From Minisyncoccota bacterium (lineage in GTDB: Bacteria; Patescibacteriota; Minisyncoccia; Phycocordibacterales; Phycocordibacteraceae), in contig JBAZXD010000001.1 of the NCBI GenBank assembly GCA_041660025.1, positions 305,851 through 369,850 of the forward strand: a stretch of 64,000 nucleotides of DNA. Reading direction: 5' to 3'. This document shows, in pieces, positions 26,146-34,602 of the stretch (its first letter is position 1; every line of letters begins with the position of its first letter). The translations under genes were made by a program, and so were the position numbers. The notes beneath the pieces were generated by a model. It did not search any database. It was not told the origin of the DNA and saw only the letters and a program-made list of their open reading frames with translations.

Positions 26146-29100
26146 TTACGGCGTCGTTGTCGTCGCGCTCGCCGTAGTATCGGTCGTAGCGGTTGTGTCC
26201 GTTGTGGCGGCGGTAGTATCAGTCGTTGTCGTAGTTGTGTCGGCTGTAATGGTTGTATCCGTTGTCGTGGTGGCTGTGTCGGTCGTTACGATAGTCGTAT
26301 CGGTCGTCGTTGTAGTCGTGTCTGTCGGCGGAGTGGTAGTAGCTGTGTCGGTCGTAGTGGTCGCGGTAGTTGAGTCGGTCGTCAATGAGACGTCCGTAAT
26401 GGTAATGGTCGCGTCCACCAAGGTCGTCGACGTGGCTATCGGGGTGATTGATATATCCGTGGTGGATGCCGTTCCCGAAGTGCCCGTCGCCTGAGTGTTC
26501 ACGAATGCCAAGAGCGCCTTCACATCGTCCTTGGTGAGACACTGGTCATCCACACAGATCTTCTCGCTTGCGCGGAATGTCTTTGCAAAGAGGTCTCCGA
26601 TGCCGTTGCTCGCATTCGCGAACCAGCTCGTTATCTGCTCGGTGGAAGAGGCGATTGATATCATCGGCGACCCGCTTGCGCTGCTCACTGCCCCGCTCTC
26701 AAGGGCGGCTACACGGTCCTCAAGCGAGGTCATACGGGTGGTAAGAGCCTCTACCTTGGCGACCAGGGCCTGGGTGGCGGCGAGGTTGAAGGTGGCGAGC
26801 TTGTAGAGGTCCACGCCCAGCCCATCCGGGGAGAGGATTTCGGGGGCGATGGTAGCCGCATCTTCTGCGATGAAGCCCAGGCGGAGTGGGTCCTGCTGGT
26901 CCTCTATTGTATAGCGATAGGTGGCGACCTTGAGATTCACGAGTTGGTCGAGCATATCGTCGGTGGAGGAAGCGTTGAGATAATTGATGTCGGTCTTGGC
27001 CGAGCGGGTGGAAGTGTTGATGAAGCCGGTGGCGCCGATGTCCCCTGCGACCGTGAGGGTGTGGTTCGGGGTGGAAGTGCCGATGCCGATGTTTCCGGAA
27101 GCATCAATCGTGAGTACGGTCGTGGTGCCGAAATTGTTTTGGATAAATGCGGTCGTGAAAGCAATTTCCTGGATGGCCGAAGTCAAAACGGGGACAAATT
27201 TCTCATAATTAAGAGTGTAGTACCCGTCCGGTCCCATCGTCACTGTTTCCGGAAACAGCGGCAATACTTGTTGTGCGATAAAACCGAGTTGGGTTGACGT
27301 TGAAATTGCGAACGTCGGATGCTGGTCATAATAGAGCTGGTTCCATGTGTGGGTTATCGGCTGTATCTGCATAATGCGTGCAAGAGTGGAGCCTAACGGC
27401 TGTATATTCGTCTTTAATCTCTCATCAGATGCCTGGCTCATACACCAAGAATACTGGGTGCTGCAAATGTTTCCGGCCATCGTTAGAAGGCCGCCCATAG
27501 TCATATCAAAGAGATCCGCCGGAGCCGACCAGCCACCGATGCGGAAGACGTTGTCGGAATCAAGCCCCATATTGACGGCGTAGGCTCCAGCGCGATGGAA
27601 GCTCATCGTCGCGCCACTTCCATTATTGGAATATGCCACAAGGGTCTGACATCCTGCACAAGCAGTATCGTTATTAGAAATAAAATTGTTTCCAGCACTC
27701 CATGTTCCCGTCAAGGCGCTGACATTTGTCGCAGTTCCCCCGTTTGCCGGCGCGCTTCCGGCAGTATTGGCATAGCTCACGCTGAAGTTGGATGGGTTCC
27801 ATACATAGTAATTTGAGCCGTCGTTTGAGCCCCAGAGCCACGACGGCTGGCCTCCCTGCCCGCTCCAGTTAAACGGTTTACTTGAAACATTGCCCCACGC
27901 AACGCTATTCGCCGCCCCAGCAGTTAAGCTCGCCGCCGTTCCCGAGAGACCCGCGCCAGAACCATTGAATTGAGAAGCGGAGACAGCACCTGTTGCGGAG
28001 ATAGTGCCTGCCGATGAGACAGTATTAAAATGGCTGTCATTGTTTAGGTCAATATAGTAAGTGGTACTGCTATCAAGGTCATACATATACCGAGAACGAA
28101 GGCTTCCATCCGTCTGCGTGATAAACCCGCCTTGGGCGCTTAGAGTACCGGCAGCCGCGACGGTGCCAGTGAAACTCGCAGCACTTGAAATCGTCTGGCC
28201 GTTGATAGTGCTTGCCGCATTTATAGTACCGGCGCTGTTTATGACGATGTTGCCGTTCGCCGATGAGATGCCGGTGTCGCTCATATACATCGAGCCCGTG
28301 CCGGTGCGGAGCGTCCCCTTCACCCACAGGTTGCTCGCGAAGGTAGAGGTGGCGTTTGTGCCCGTGCCGTTCACATCGATGAAGCCCGCGAAAGTTGAAG
28401 TCGCGCTTTCCGAGGTAGCGGTGAAGTACGGGGCTGAGATTGAAGAAGTGGCAGTGAACCCACTCGCGGTGATGGTGCCGTCGAAGACTGCGTCCCCTGC
28501 GACGGAGAGTTTCGCATACGGACTCGTCGTCCCGATACCGACGTTGCCATTTGATAAAATTTTAACCTGGCTAGTAGAGTTATTAGCCGACAAATCAATA
28601 CCGCCTACTGCGTTTGTGGCAATAGCATAAGAACCGTTTGTGTCAAAATAACGGTCAAGCCCTGTGTAACCAACTTTATTAATGCCATTAATTTGGCCAT
28701 CTGAACGGAAAACCGCCACATAATTTGCTGAATTATTATTCGCTACAGCAAAAACCCTGGCCACTGCGGGCGCGTTTGTAGAGTTAGTTTCTATGTCAAG
28801 TTGATACTGCGGACTCGTCGTCCCGATGCCGACGTTGCCGGTTGTTGTGATGTTCCCTGCGTTGTCTAGTCTCAGTCTCTCTGCTGTTGATGATGCGTCG
28901 TAGAACCTTAATCCGCCGGCAGAATCGGCTCCGGCAATATTTGAAATTTGCCAGAAATGCGCATTGGCTCCTGAATTGTTTAATGACACGGAAAAATCAC
29001 CTGTGTCCGCGAAGGTTGCCGTTCTGGCGCTTAAAAGTCCACCTGAATCAATTGACGCAACAACTGAATCGTTACTGTTTTTCCATTGGGTCAAGTTTGC

Positions 29101-32100
29101 TGTCTGTCCGGCAAAGCCTCTCACTATTAGACCAATATCGGAAACCGCGCCGGAGTTTATTTGTAATTTTGCCCCCGGATTCGCCGTCCCAATCCCCACA
29201 TTCCCGCCGTTCGTGACGATGAAGTTTGTGGCGGTGGAACTCCCGACGACGAATGCGGGGCCCGTGATGCCATTCGGATTCACGCTCAACTGCCCCCACG
29301 GGCTCGTCGTCCCGATGCCGACGTTGCCTTGAGCATCAACAACAGACAAAGCCACATTGCTGCTATTTTGCCATTCAGTCAAATTGGCTGTTTGGGATGC
29401 CGCTGCCCGAACAACAAATGTTTTTACGCCCGTACCACCACTTGTTATAAGAACCCCCGGATTAGTGCCGATGTCACCACGGGGTTCAAAACGAATAGAA
29501 GTTCCATATTCTGTAATAGGAACACTGAGTTTTATATTGCTTGTATGTACACCAAACTGAGGAGAAGAGGCAAGTGACGCATTCGGTGCCCAAAGGCCTA
29601 GAACATTCCATGTCGATCCCTGAATACCTACATAAGCAGTCGTGCCGTCTGTCGTCTTTATGGCCAACTGCCCCGCACTAGTACCCGCGACTGTCCCTGA
29701 CGACAGGGTAAGCAAATTGGTCGGCGCTGCCGTCCCAATCCCCACATTCCCCCCGTTCGTCACAATGAAGTTGGTGGCGGTAGAGGAACCGACGACGAAT
29801 GCGGGGCCCGTGATGCCGTTCGGGTTCACGCTCAACTGTCCCCACGGACTCGTCGTCCCGATGCCGACGTTGCCTTGAATTATCATTCCGTCTGTCGGCG
29901 CGGCAATAGCAGCATATGTGCTACCGATGCTCACGTTACCAGTCACGCCAAAACGACTTCCAAAAGTAGTACCATTGCCAACAATTACCTTTTGGTTGGC
30001 AGTATCATAGCTCATAAAGTAATCAGCACCGTTCCCCAACACTCCTATCTTCCCTACATCTCTTTGTGTGTAATTAAAGTAGGTACTGGCGTCAATATAT
30101 AATAGCTGACCGGTAGATTTTACCCAGCCAGCGATATTCAATTTGTAACCCGCGGGGTCTATCGTCCCAATCCCCACATTCCCCCCGTTTGTCACGATGA
30201 AGTTCGTGGCGGTGGACGAGCCAACAACGAAGGCTGGGCCCGTGATGCCGTTCGGATTCACGCTCAACTGCCCCCACGGGCTCGTCGTCCCGATGCCGAC
30301 GTTGCCGTTATTTAGAATCCTCATCGCTTCCGTCGCGCCGTTGTTCCCCGTCTGGAATATTATATCTGCACCAGTTGTTCCTACTCCACTGGTAGAACGC
30401 AAGGTTAATGGAGTAGCTACTCCATTCCCACCGTAGTAAATACTTCCACCAGTACTTAAAGTAGCTAATACTCCAGAACCCACTTGTAAGGTGATGGGAT
30501 TGTTCACACTATAAAGTTGCATTCCACTTGATGCTCCACCACTAATTGCACTATAAGAACCAAAATAGCCAATGGTAGTTCCAGCTCTTGAAAAGGTCAT
30601 ACTAGGCCCTGTACTACTATTACTCCCGCCATCTATGGTGATGGTTGGAGAACTGGCTATTGCTCCATTCCCAACAGTAAGCAATGTTCCCGGACTCGCC
30701 GTCCCAATCCCCACATTCCCCCCGTTTGTCACGATGAAGTTCGTGGCGGTGGAACTTCCGACGACGAAGGCGGGGCCGGTGATGCCGTTTGGATTCACGC
30801 TCAACTGCCCCCACGGGCTCGTCGTCCCGATGCCGACGTTCGCCCCGTTCCCAAGTATCAAGCTGTTTGATGCGGTAACCTGGGCATTATAGCCAATTGC
30901 GGTGGCGTTGGTCAGATTATTGGTTGAGCCGTTGCCGGCATCGTAACCGATGAAAGTATTATTACTTCCCGTCGTGTTGGAAATTCCGGCTCTCATGCCA
31001 AGAGCAGTATTACCTGTGCCGGTTGTATTACCTCCTAATGCGTTCCAACCAAGCCCCGAGTTCCGTTCTCCGACTCCGGTCGTTAGACTAAGCGCGCTTG
31101 CGCCGACGGCAGTATTATAATTAGCGGTCGTATTCGCCTGCAATGCCGAATTGCCAATTGCAGTATTCTCGCCTCCGCTTGTATTGTATCTTAAGGAACT
31201 AACACCTACTGCCGTATTTGTGGATCCTCCTGCATTACTTTGAAGAGCAACATATCCTATGGCTATATTGGAGTAACCGGTTGTAACGCCAGGTAGAGCA
31301 TAATTACCCAAAGCAATATTTTGTCCTATGCCGGAAGTTGTTAAATTACCGCTAGGAGAACCGATAAAAATATTTTCCGTTCCGGTCTTGTGAATGAAAG
31401 TTGCACCGTTAAATTGGTATGTTGAAGTCGCGTTTACATTAGAAGCAACAATATCCCCGACAACCGAGAGTTTCGCGTACGGACTCGTCGTCCCGATGCC
31501 GACGTTGCCGGAAGCTGAAATACGCATTTTTTCGGAGAGGGACTGAAGTGTAGTCCCTGACGAGCCTGCGTCTGACGTTGAGAATGTAAGAGCTCCTCCC
31601 TCTGCGTTGCCGGTAGCTTTTCCTCCAGCCAAGGTAACACTTGCGCCGGCAATATTTGTACCTGACCCACCTGTCCCGTTAAGAACAAATCCCGAAGGGG
31701 TCGCGCTAATAATCCCTTTCCCAAAATAAGCCGTCGTAATGGCTTGAGTTGAGTCGTCGGCGCCAACGACAAGGGTATTCGCAACATTTGATAATGAACC
31801 CTGCCCGATAGCTATAGCTCCGAGGGCGGTTGCGCTCGCGCTCTGACCTAAAGCAAGAGCCCTTTCGGCAGACGCGACCGAACTTCCTCCAACGGCCGTT
31901 GACAAAGCACCGCTGGCGGATGTGTTGTGGCCAATTGCTGTAGAAATACTGTTAGCGGCTGATGCGTTGTAACCAAATGCAACACTGCTCCCCCCACTGG
32001 CGCTGGCCCCTCTGCCTATAGCAGTACTTAAGCTGGCCGATACTGATGCTCCGTGCCCAACAGCCAAGCTGTCTGCGGAAGTGCCTGTTGTTGATAAGTA

Positions 32101-34137
32101 ACCAACAGCCATTGACCTGTCTCCATTTGCAATGGAACCAAAACCAAACTTTTCACTTTGAGAACCGGAGCCCGGACTCGTGATGTTGCCCGTCACAATC
32201 GCGGCTCCAGCCACAGACAGCAAGTTGTATGGCGAGGTCGTCCCCACCCCCACATTCCCGCTGCCGGTCACCGTGAAGAATGTCGTGGCCGACGAAGAGG
32301 AAGAAATGCGGAATACGTCGCCGGTCTGTCCGGCGACGCTCTGGAGGGTGAGGGTGGTGTTGGTGGTGGAAGCAGAGGCGTCCTGGATGAAGAGCGGGTG
32401 ATTGAATTCGAAGCGCTTGGCGGATTCAGCCGAGTTCCAGGTGAGGAGGGCGTTCGGGGATATGGTGCCTCGCTCAAAGGAGAGATACGCGTTCTCGGTG
32501 TCGGCAGTGGCGTTGTCGGAGTTGATGTTGAAGGTCTCGGCGGTGAGGTTGCCTCCCGTGAGGGTGCCGACGATGGTGGAGGCGTTCACTTCGTTCGCGT
32601 AGATCTTGTCGAAGCGGACGGCGGGGGTGCCGATGTCCACCGTGTCGTCGAGGGCCTGGATGTTGCCGATGATGGTGTTAGAGCCGATGCGGAGGGTGCC
32701 GGCTGATGCGGTGATGTCGTGGTTGCCGGAGCCTGTGAAGGTGATACCGGAGCCTGTGCCGGTGAGGTACGCTCCAGTGCTTCCTCCCACCGAGAAGTTC
32801 CCGGAGAAGGAAGAAGTGGCTGAGGAGTCGGTCGCCATGAAGTTCTGCCCCACGACCTGTCCAGCAATGGAGAGGAGCGAGTACGGACTTGTGGTGCCGA
32901 TGCCGATGTACCCGGTTGTGGAGTCGACGACGAGCTTGTCGGTGCCGACCGTGAGCCCGCCGGCGAAGGTACTCGTGGCGGTGGTGGAGGTGGCAACGAA
33001 GTGTGGTGCGGTGGCGCTCTGGTATGAGGTGAGGGCGCCGGTGGCGATGAGAGAGCCGGAGGTGAAATCGTCGGCGGTGAGGGTATCGAAGGCGCCGCTC
33101 GTGGCAGAGACGCTGGTGCCGTTCGTGAGCGCGCCACCGTCGAAGGTGCCGCCCCTGAAGTCGCCGTTTCGTACGATGAGGTCAGAGAGGTCTTCGATCA
33201 TATTGACCTGCTGGATGGTGGTGACGTTGGTGGCCACCTGGCTCGCAACGGGCTGGATGAGGCTCGAGACCCGCGTGAGGAGCTCGGTGCGGAGCGAGGT
33301 GAGGGACTGGTTGACGAAGTCTTCGGAGACGCCACGGACGATGGTGGAGTAGTAGTTGGTGGGGTTGAGGGTGGTAACGACACGGGTGACGGCAGGAGGA
33401 GTGATGCTTGCCCTGTTGGGTGCGGAACTATCTGATGGGGGGGCGACGGGGAATGCTGGCTCGCTGGTCACAAGCTGAGATTCATCGAACGGCATCGTGG
33501 CCGGTAGTGGATTAGAGACAACGGCGAGGGGCGATGGCTCGTTAAAGATCCCTGCGAGCACATCTTGGGTACGAGAGAAAAGGCCGTTGATAGTTTCGTA
33601 CGTAGCAAGCGCCACCTGTTCCCCGAATGAAAGCGTGGGCTGAGCGGCGGCAACTGCCGCGATTTGTTTCTCGTTATTCGTGAGATGTGGAACGATTGTA
33701 GATTGCGCCGCGACTATTCCCAGCACGACGATGAATGTTGCGACAGAGAATGCGAATACATTGGTGCGCAATGATGCGCTCCAAATATCGAACCGCGACG
33801 CCGAGTGGTGTGAGAGCGAACGGGACAGTTCCGACGGGAGTTGCTGTTGAAGTGGTTTTGTCAGAGCCTTTACCGTGCGACGTACTGGAGGACGGTGCGA
33901 ATGGTATTCAGCCGCGTGGACGCGGGAACGGATCTGCGAAAGTTCTTCCTTGCGTTCCGCCTGCAGGTCAAGGAAGCGGATGAGCGAGTTGCGTTTGATC
34001 ATCCACACCTTGCCAACCTGAACTCCTTCGACTTCGCCGGACCGCGCAAGACGTCGGAGATAGCTCGAAGTATATCCGGAAAGTTTTCCAGCGTACCGAG
34101 TCGTTATCAGATCTTTTTTATATAAATTCGATTTCAT
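26146..34137 (-). CDS. Giant (2663 aa) membrane-anchored surface protein of phage-tail-fibre type. N-terminal HTH, one TM helix, long GNVGIGTTSP-type repeat region, two tandem S74-like intramolecular chaperone/autoprotease modules, coiled coil, Thr-rich tail
   Basis: Single uninterrupted ORF. The N-terminus carries an excisionase/MerR-like HTH (LSGYTSSYLRRLARSGEVEGVQVGKVWMI). A TM helix (FAFSVATFIVVLGIVAA) follows. More than 10 copies of the GxVGIGTTSP(W/Y)xxLxV tail-fibre motif are present. The SDERLKTNI and SAKTDINYL segments, each followed by a GFIAQQ/GFIAED block, resemble peptidase S74. The C-terminus is a TDTT low-complexity tail. Confidence 0.85.
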   Translation of the reverse strand: MKSNLYKKDLITTRYAGKLSGYTSSYLRRLARSGEVEGVQVGKVWMIKRNSLIRFLDLQAERKEELSQIRSRVHAAEYHSHRPPVRRTVKALTKPLQQQLPSELSRSLSHHSASRFDIWSASLRTNVFAFSVATFIVVLGIVAAQSTIVPHLTNNEKQIAAVAAAQPTLSFGEQVALATYETINGLFSRTQDVLAGIFNEPSPLAVVSNPLPATMPFDESQLVTSEPAFPVAPPSDSSAPNRASITPPAVTRVVTTLNPTNYYSTIVRGVSEDFVNQSLTSLRTELLTRVSSLIQPVASQVATNVTTIQQVNMIEDLSDLIVRNGDFRGGTFDGGALTNGTSVSATSGAFDTLTADDFTSGSLIATGALTSYQSATAPHFVATSTTATSTFAGGLTVGTDKLVVDSTTGYIGIGTTSPYSLLSIAGQVVGQNFMATDSSATSSFSGNFSVGGSTGAYLTGTGSGITFTGSGNHDITASAGTLRIGSNTIIGNIQALDDTVDIGTPAVRFDKIYANEVNASTIVGTLTGGNLTAETFNINSDNATADTENAYLSFERGTISPNALLTWNSAESAKRFEFNHPLFIQDASASTTNTTLTLQSVAGQTGDVFRISSSSSATTFFTVTGSGNVGVGTTSPYNLLSVAGAAIVTGNITSPGSGSQSEKFGFGSIANGDRSMAVGYLSTTGTSADSLAVGHGASVSASLSTAIGRGASASGGSSVAFGYNASAANSISTAIGHNTSASGALSTAVGGSSVASAERALALGQSASATALGAIAIGQGSLSNVANTLVVGADDSTQAITTAYFGKGIISATPSGFVLNGTGGSGTNIAGASVTLAGGKATGNAEGGALTFSTSDAGSSGTTLQSLSEKMRISASGNVGIGTTSPYAKLSVVGDIVASNVNATSTYQFNGATFIHKTGTENIFIGSPSGNLTTSGIGQNIALGNYALPGVTTGYSNIAIGYVALQSNAGGSTNTAVGVSSLRYNTSGGENTAIGNSALQANTTANYNTAVGASALSLTTGVGERNSGLGWNALGGNTTGTGNTALGMRAGISNTTGSNNTFIGYDAGNGSTNNLTNATAIGYNAQVTASNSLILGNGANVGIGTTSPWGQLSVNPNGITGPAFVVGSSTATNFIVTNGGNVGIGTASPGTLLTVGNGAIASSPTITIDGGSNSSTGPSMTFSRAGTTIGYFGSYSAISGGASSGMQLYSVNNPITLQVGSGVLATLSTGGSIYYGGNGVATPLTLRSTSGVGTTGADIIFQTGNNGATEAMRILNNGNVGIGTTSPWGQLSVNPNGITGPAFVVGSSTATNFIVTNGGNVGIGTIDPAGYKLNIAGWVKSTGQLLYIDASTYFNYTQRDVGKIGVLGNGADYFMSYDTANQKVIVGNGTTFGSRFGVTGNVSIGSTYAAIAAPTDGMIIQGNVGIGTTSPWGQLSVNPNGITGPAFVVGSSTATNFIVTNGGNVGIGTAAPTNLLTLSSGTVAGTSAGQLAIKTTDGTTAYVGIQGSTWNVLGLWAPNASLASSPQFGVHTSNIKLSVPITEYGTSIRFEPRGDIGTNPGVLITSGGTGVKTFVVRAAASQTANLTEWQNSSNVALSVVDAQGNVGIGTTSPWGQLSVNPNGITGPAFVVGSSTATNFIVTNGGNVGIGTANPGAKLQINSGAVSDIGLIVRGFAGQTANLTQWKNSNDSVVASIDSGGLLSARTATFADTGDFSVSLNNSGANAHFWQISNIAGADSAGGLRFYDASSTAERLRLDNAGNITTTGNVGIGTTSPQYQLDIETNSTNAPAVARVFAVANNNSANYVAVFRSDGQINGINKVGYTGLDRYFDTNGSYAIATNAVGGIDLSANNSTSQVKILSNGNVGIGTTSPYAKLSVAGDAVFDGTITASGFTATSSISAPYFTATSESATSTFAGFIDVNGTGTNATSTFASNLWVKGTLRTGTGSMYMSDTGISSANGNIVINSAGTINAASTINGQTISSAASFTGTVAAAGTLSAQGGFITQTDGSLRSRYMYDLDSSTTYYIDLNNDSHFNTVSSAGTISATGAVSASQFNGSGAGLSGTAASLTAGAANSVAWGNVSSKPFNWSGQGGQPSWLWGSNDGSNYYVWNPSNFSVSYANTAGSAPANGGTATNVSALTGTWSAGNNFISNNDTACAGCQTLVAYSNNGSGATMSFHRAGAYAVNMGLDSDNVFRIGGWSAPADLFDMTMGGLLTMAGNICSTQYSWCMSQASDERLKTNIQPLGSTLARIMQIQPITHTWNQLYYDQHPTFAISTSTQLGFIAQQVLPLFPETVTMGPDGYYTLNYEKFVPVLTSAIQEIAFTTAFIQNNFGTTTVLTIDASGNIGIGTSTPNHTLTVAGDIGATGFINTSTRSAKTDINYLNASSTDDMLDQLVNLKVATYRYTIEDQQDPLRLGFIAEDAATIAPEILSPDGLGVDLYKLATFNLAATQALVAKVEALTTRMTSLEDRVAALESGAVSSASGSPMISIASSTEQITSWFANASNGIGDLFAKTFRASEKICVDDQCLTKDDVKALLAFVNTQATGTSGTASTTDISITPIATSTTLVDATITITDVSLTTDSTTATTTTDTATTTPPTDTTTTTTDTTIVTTDTATTTTDTTITADTTTTTTDTTAATTDTTATTDTTASATTTTP
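26149..26465 (-). repeat. Degenerate tandem repeat encoding a Thr/Asp-rich C-terminal tail
   Basis: DNA shows reiterated gtcgt(a/t)g.. units; protein reads TDTTATTDTT.. for ~105 aa. Confidence 0.6.
29190..30850 (-). repeat. Four near-identical ~140-bp intragenic DNA repeats at ~540-bp spacing, encoding identical 46-aa cassettes
   Basis: Repeated DNA blocks recur at about 29.2-29.33, 29.74-29.88, 30.17-30.30 and 30.70-30.85 kb, e.g. ggactcgtcgtcccgatgccgacgttgcc and attccccccgttcgtcacgatgaagtt.gtggcggtgga. Each encodes GNVGIGTTSPWGQLSVNPNGITGPAFVVGSSTATNFIVTNGGNVGIGT. Confidence 0.8.
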
Positions 34138-34559
34138 TCTTAAAGCCGAAACTAATCAGATAATAACTGATTATTTCCACTTTCTATAAATCCTATAAGT
34201 GGATAACTTCTTGGCCACGCGAGGAGATACTTTTTGCTCTGGCACCGAGGCTTCTCAGAGGGTCAAAACAACTAGTACGAAACGCTATCCGCATACCCCT
34301 TTTGACCTCGAAATGGAGTGTCTCGGCAGAACCTTTCGTAATTGCCTTTATATACGCTGTTTAAATGCTCTATACGCCCCCTAAAGAGGCTTTTCTGGTA
34401 AATATCCGAGAGAACATCTTGCGGTATAGTGTTGTATTGCTGATATTGGATCTTGCCGAAAAAAGTAGTCCGGAGAAATTATGTCTATCTGGTGCTTAAA
34501 TGCCTATCACGTCTAGCCGAGACAAGAAAGCCAATGTTTTGGCGTATGGAATAGCAAAA

Positions 34560-34592
34560 TAAAAACACCCTCGCGGGTGTCTTTATTTTCAA
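34560..34592 (-). terminator. Rho-independent terminator downstream of the DEAD-box helicase gene
   Basis: On the minus strand: acacccgcgagggtgt hairpin followed by TTTTATTTT. Confidence 0.5.
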
Positions 34593-34602
34593 AGAGGGTT
34601 GA

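Noticed and set aside
28500-32950. Possible CRISPR array (regularly recurring near-identical repeats)
   Set aside because: The repeats are ~140 bp, spaced ~540 bp apart, lie in-frame inside a protein-coding gene and encode identical peptide cassettes. There are no cas genes, and the geometry is wrong for CRISPR.
26146-34137. Prophage (tail-fibre gene)
   Set aside because: No other phage-like gene (capsid, portal, terminase, integrase, lysis) is in the window. The gene is flanked by recR/dnaB and a DEAD-box helicase, and it carries a host-type HTH-TM N-terminus.
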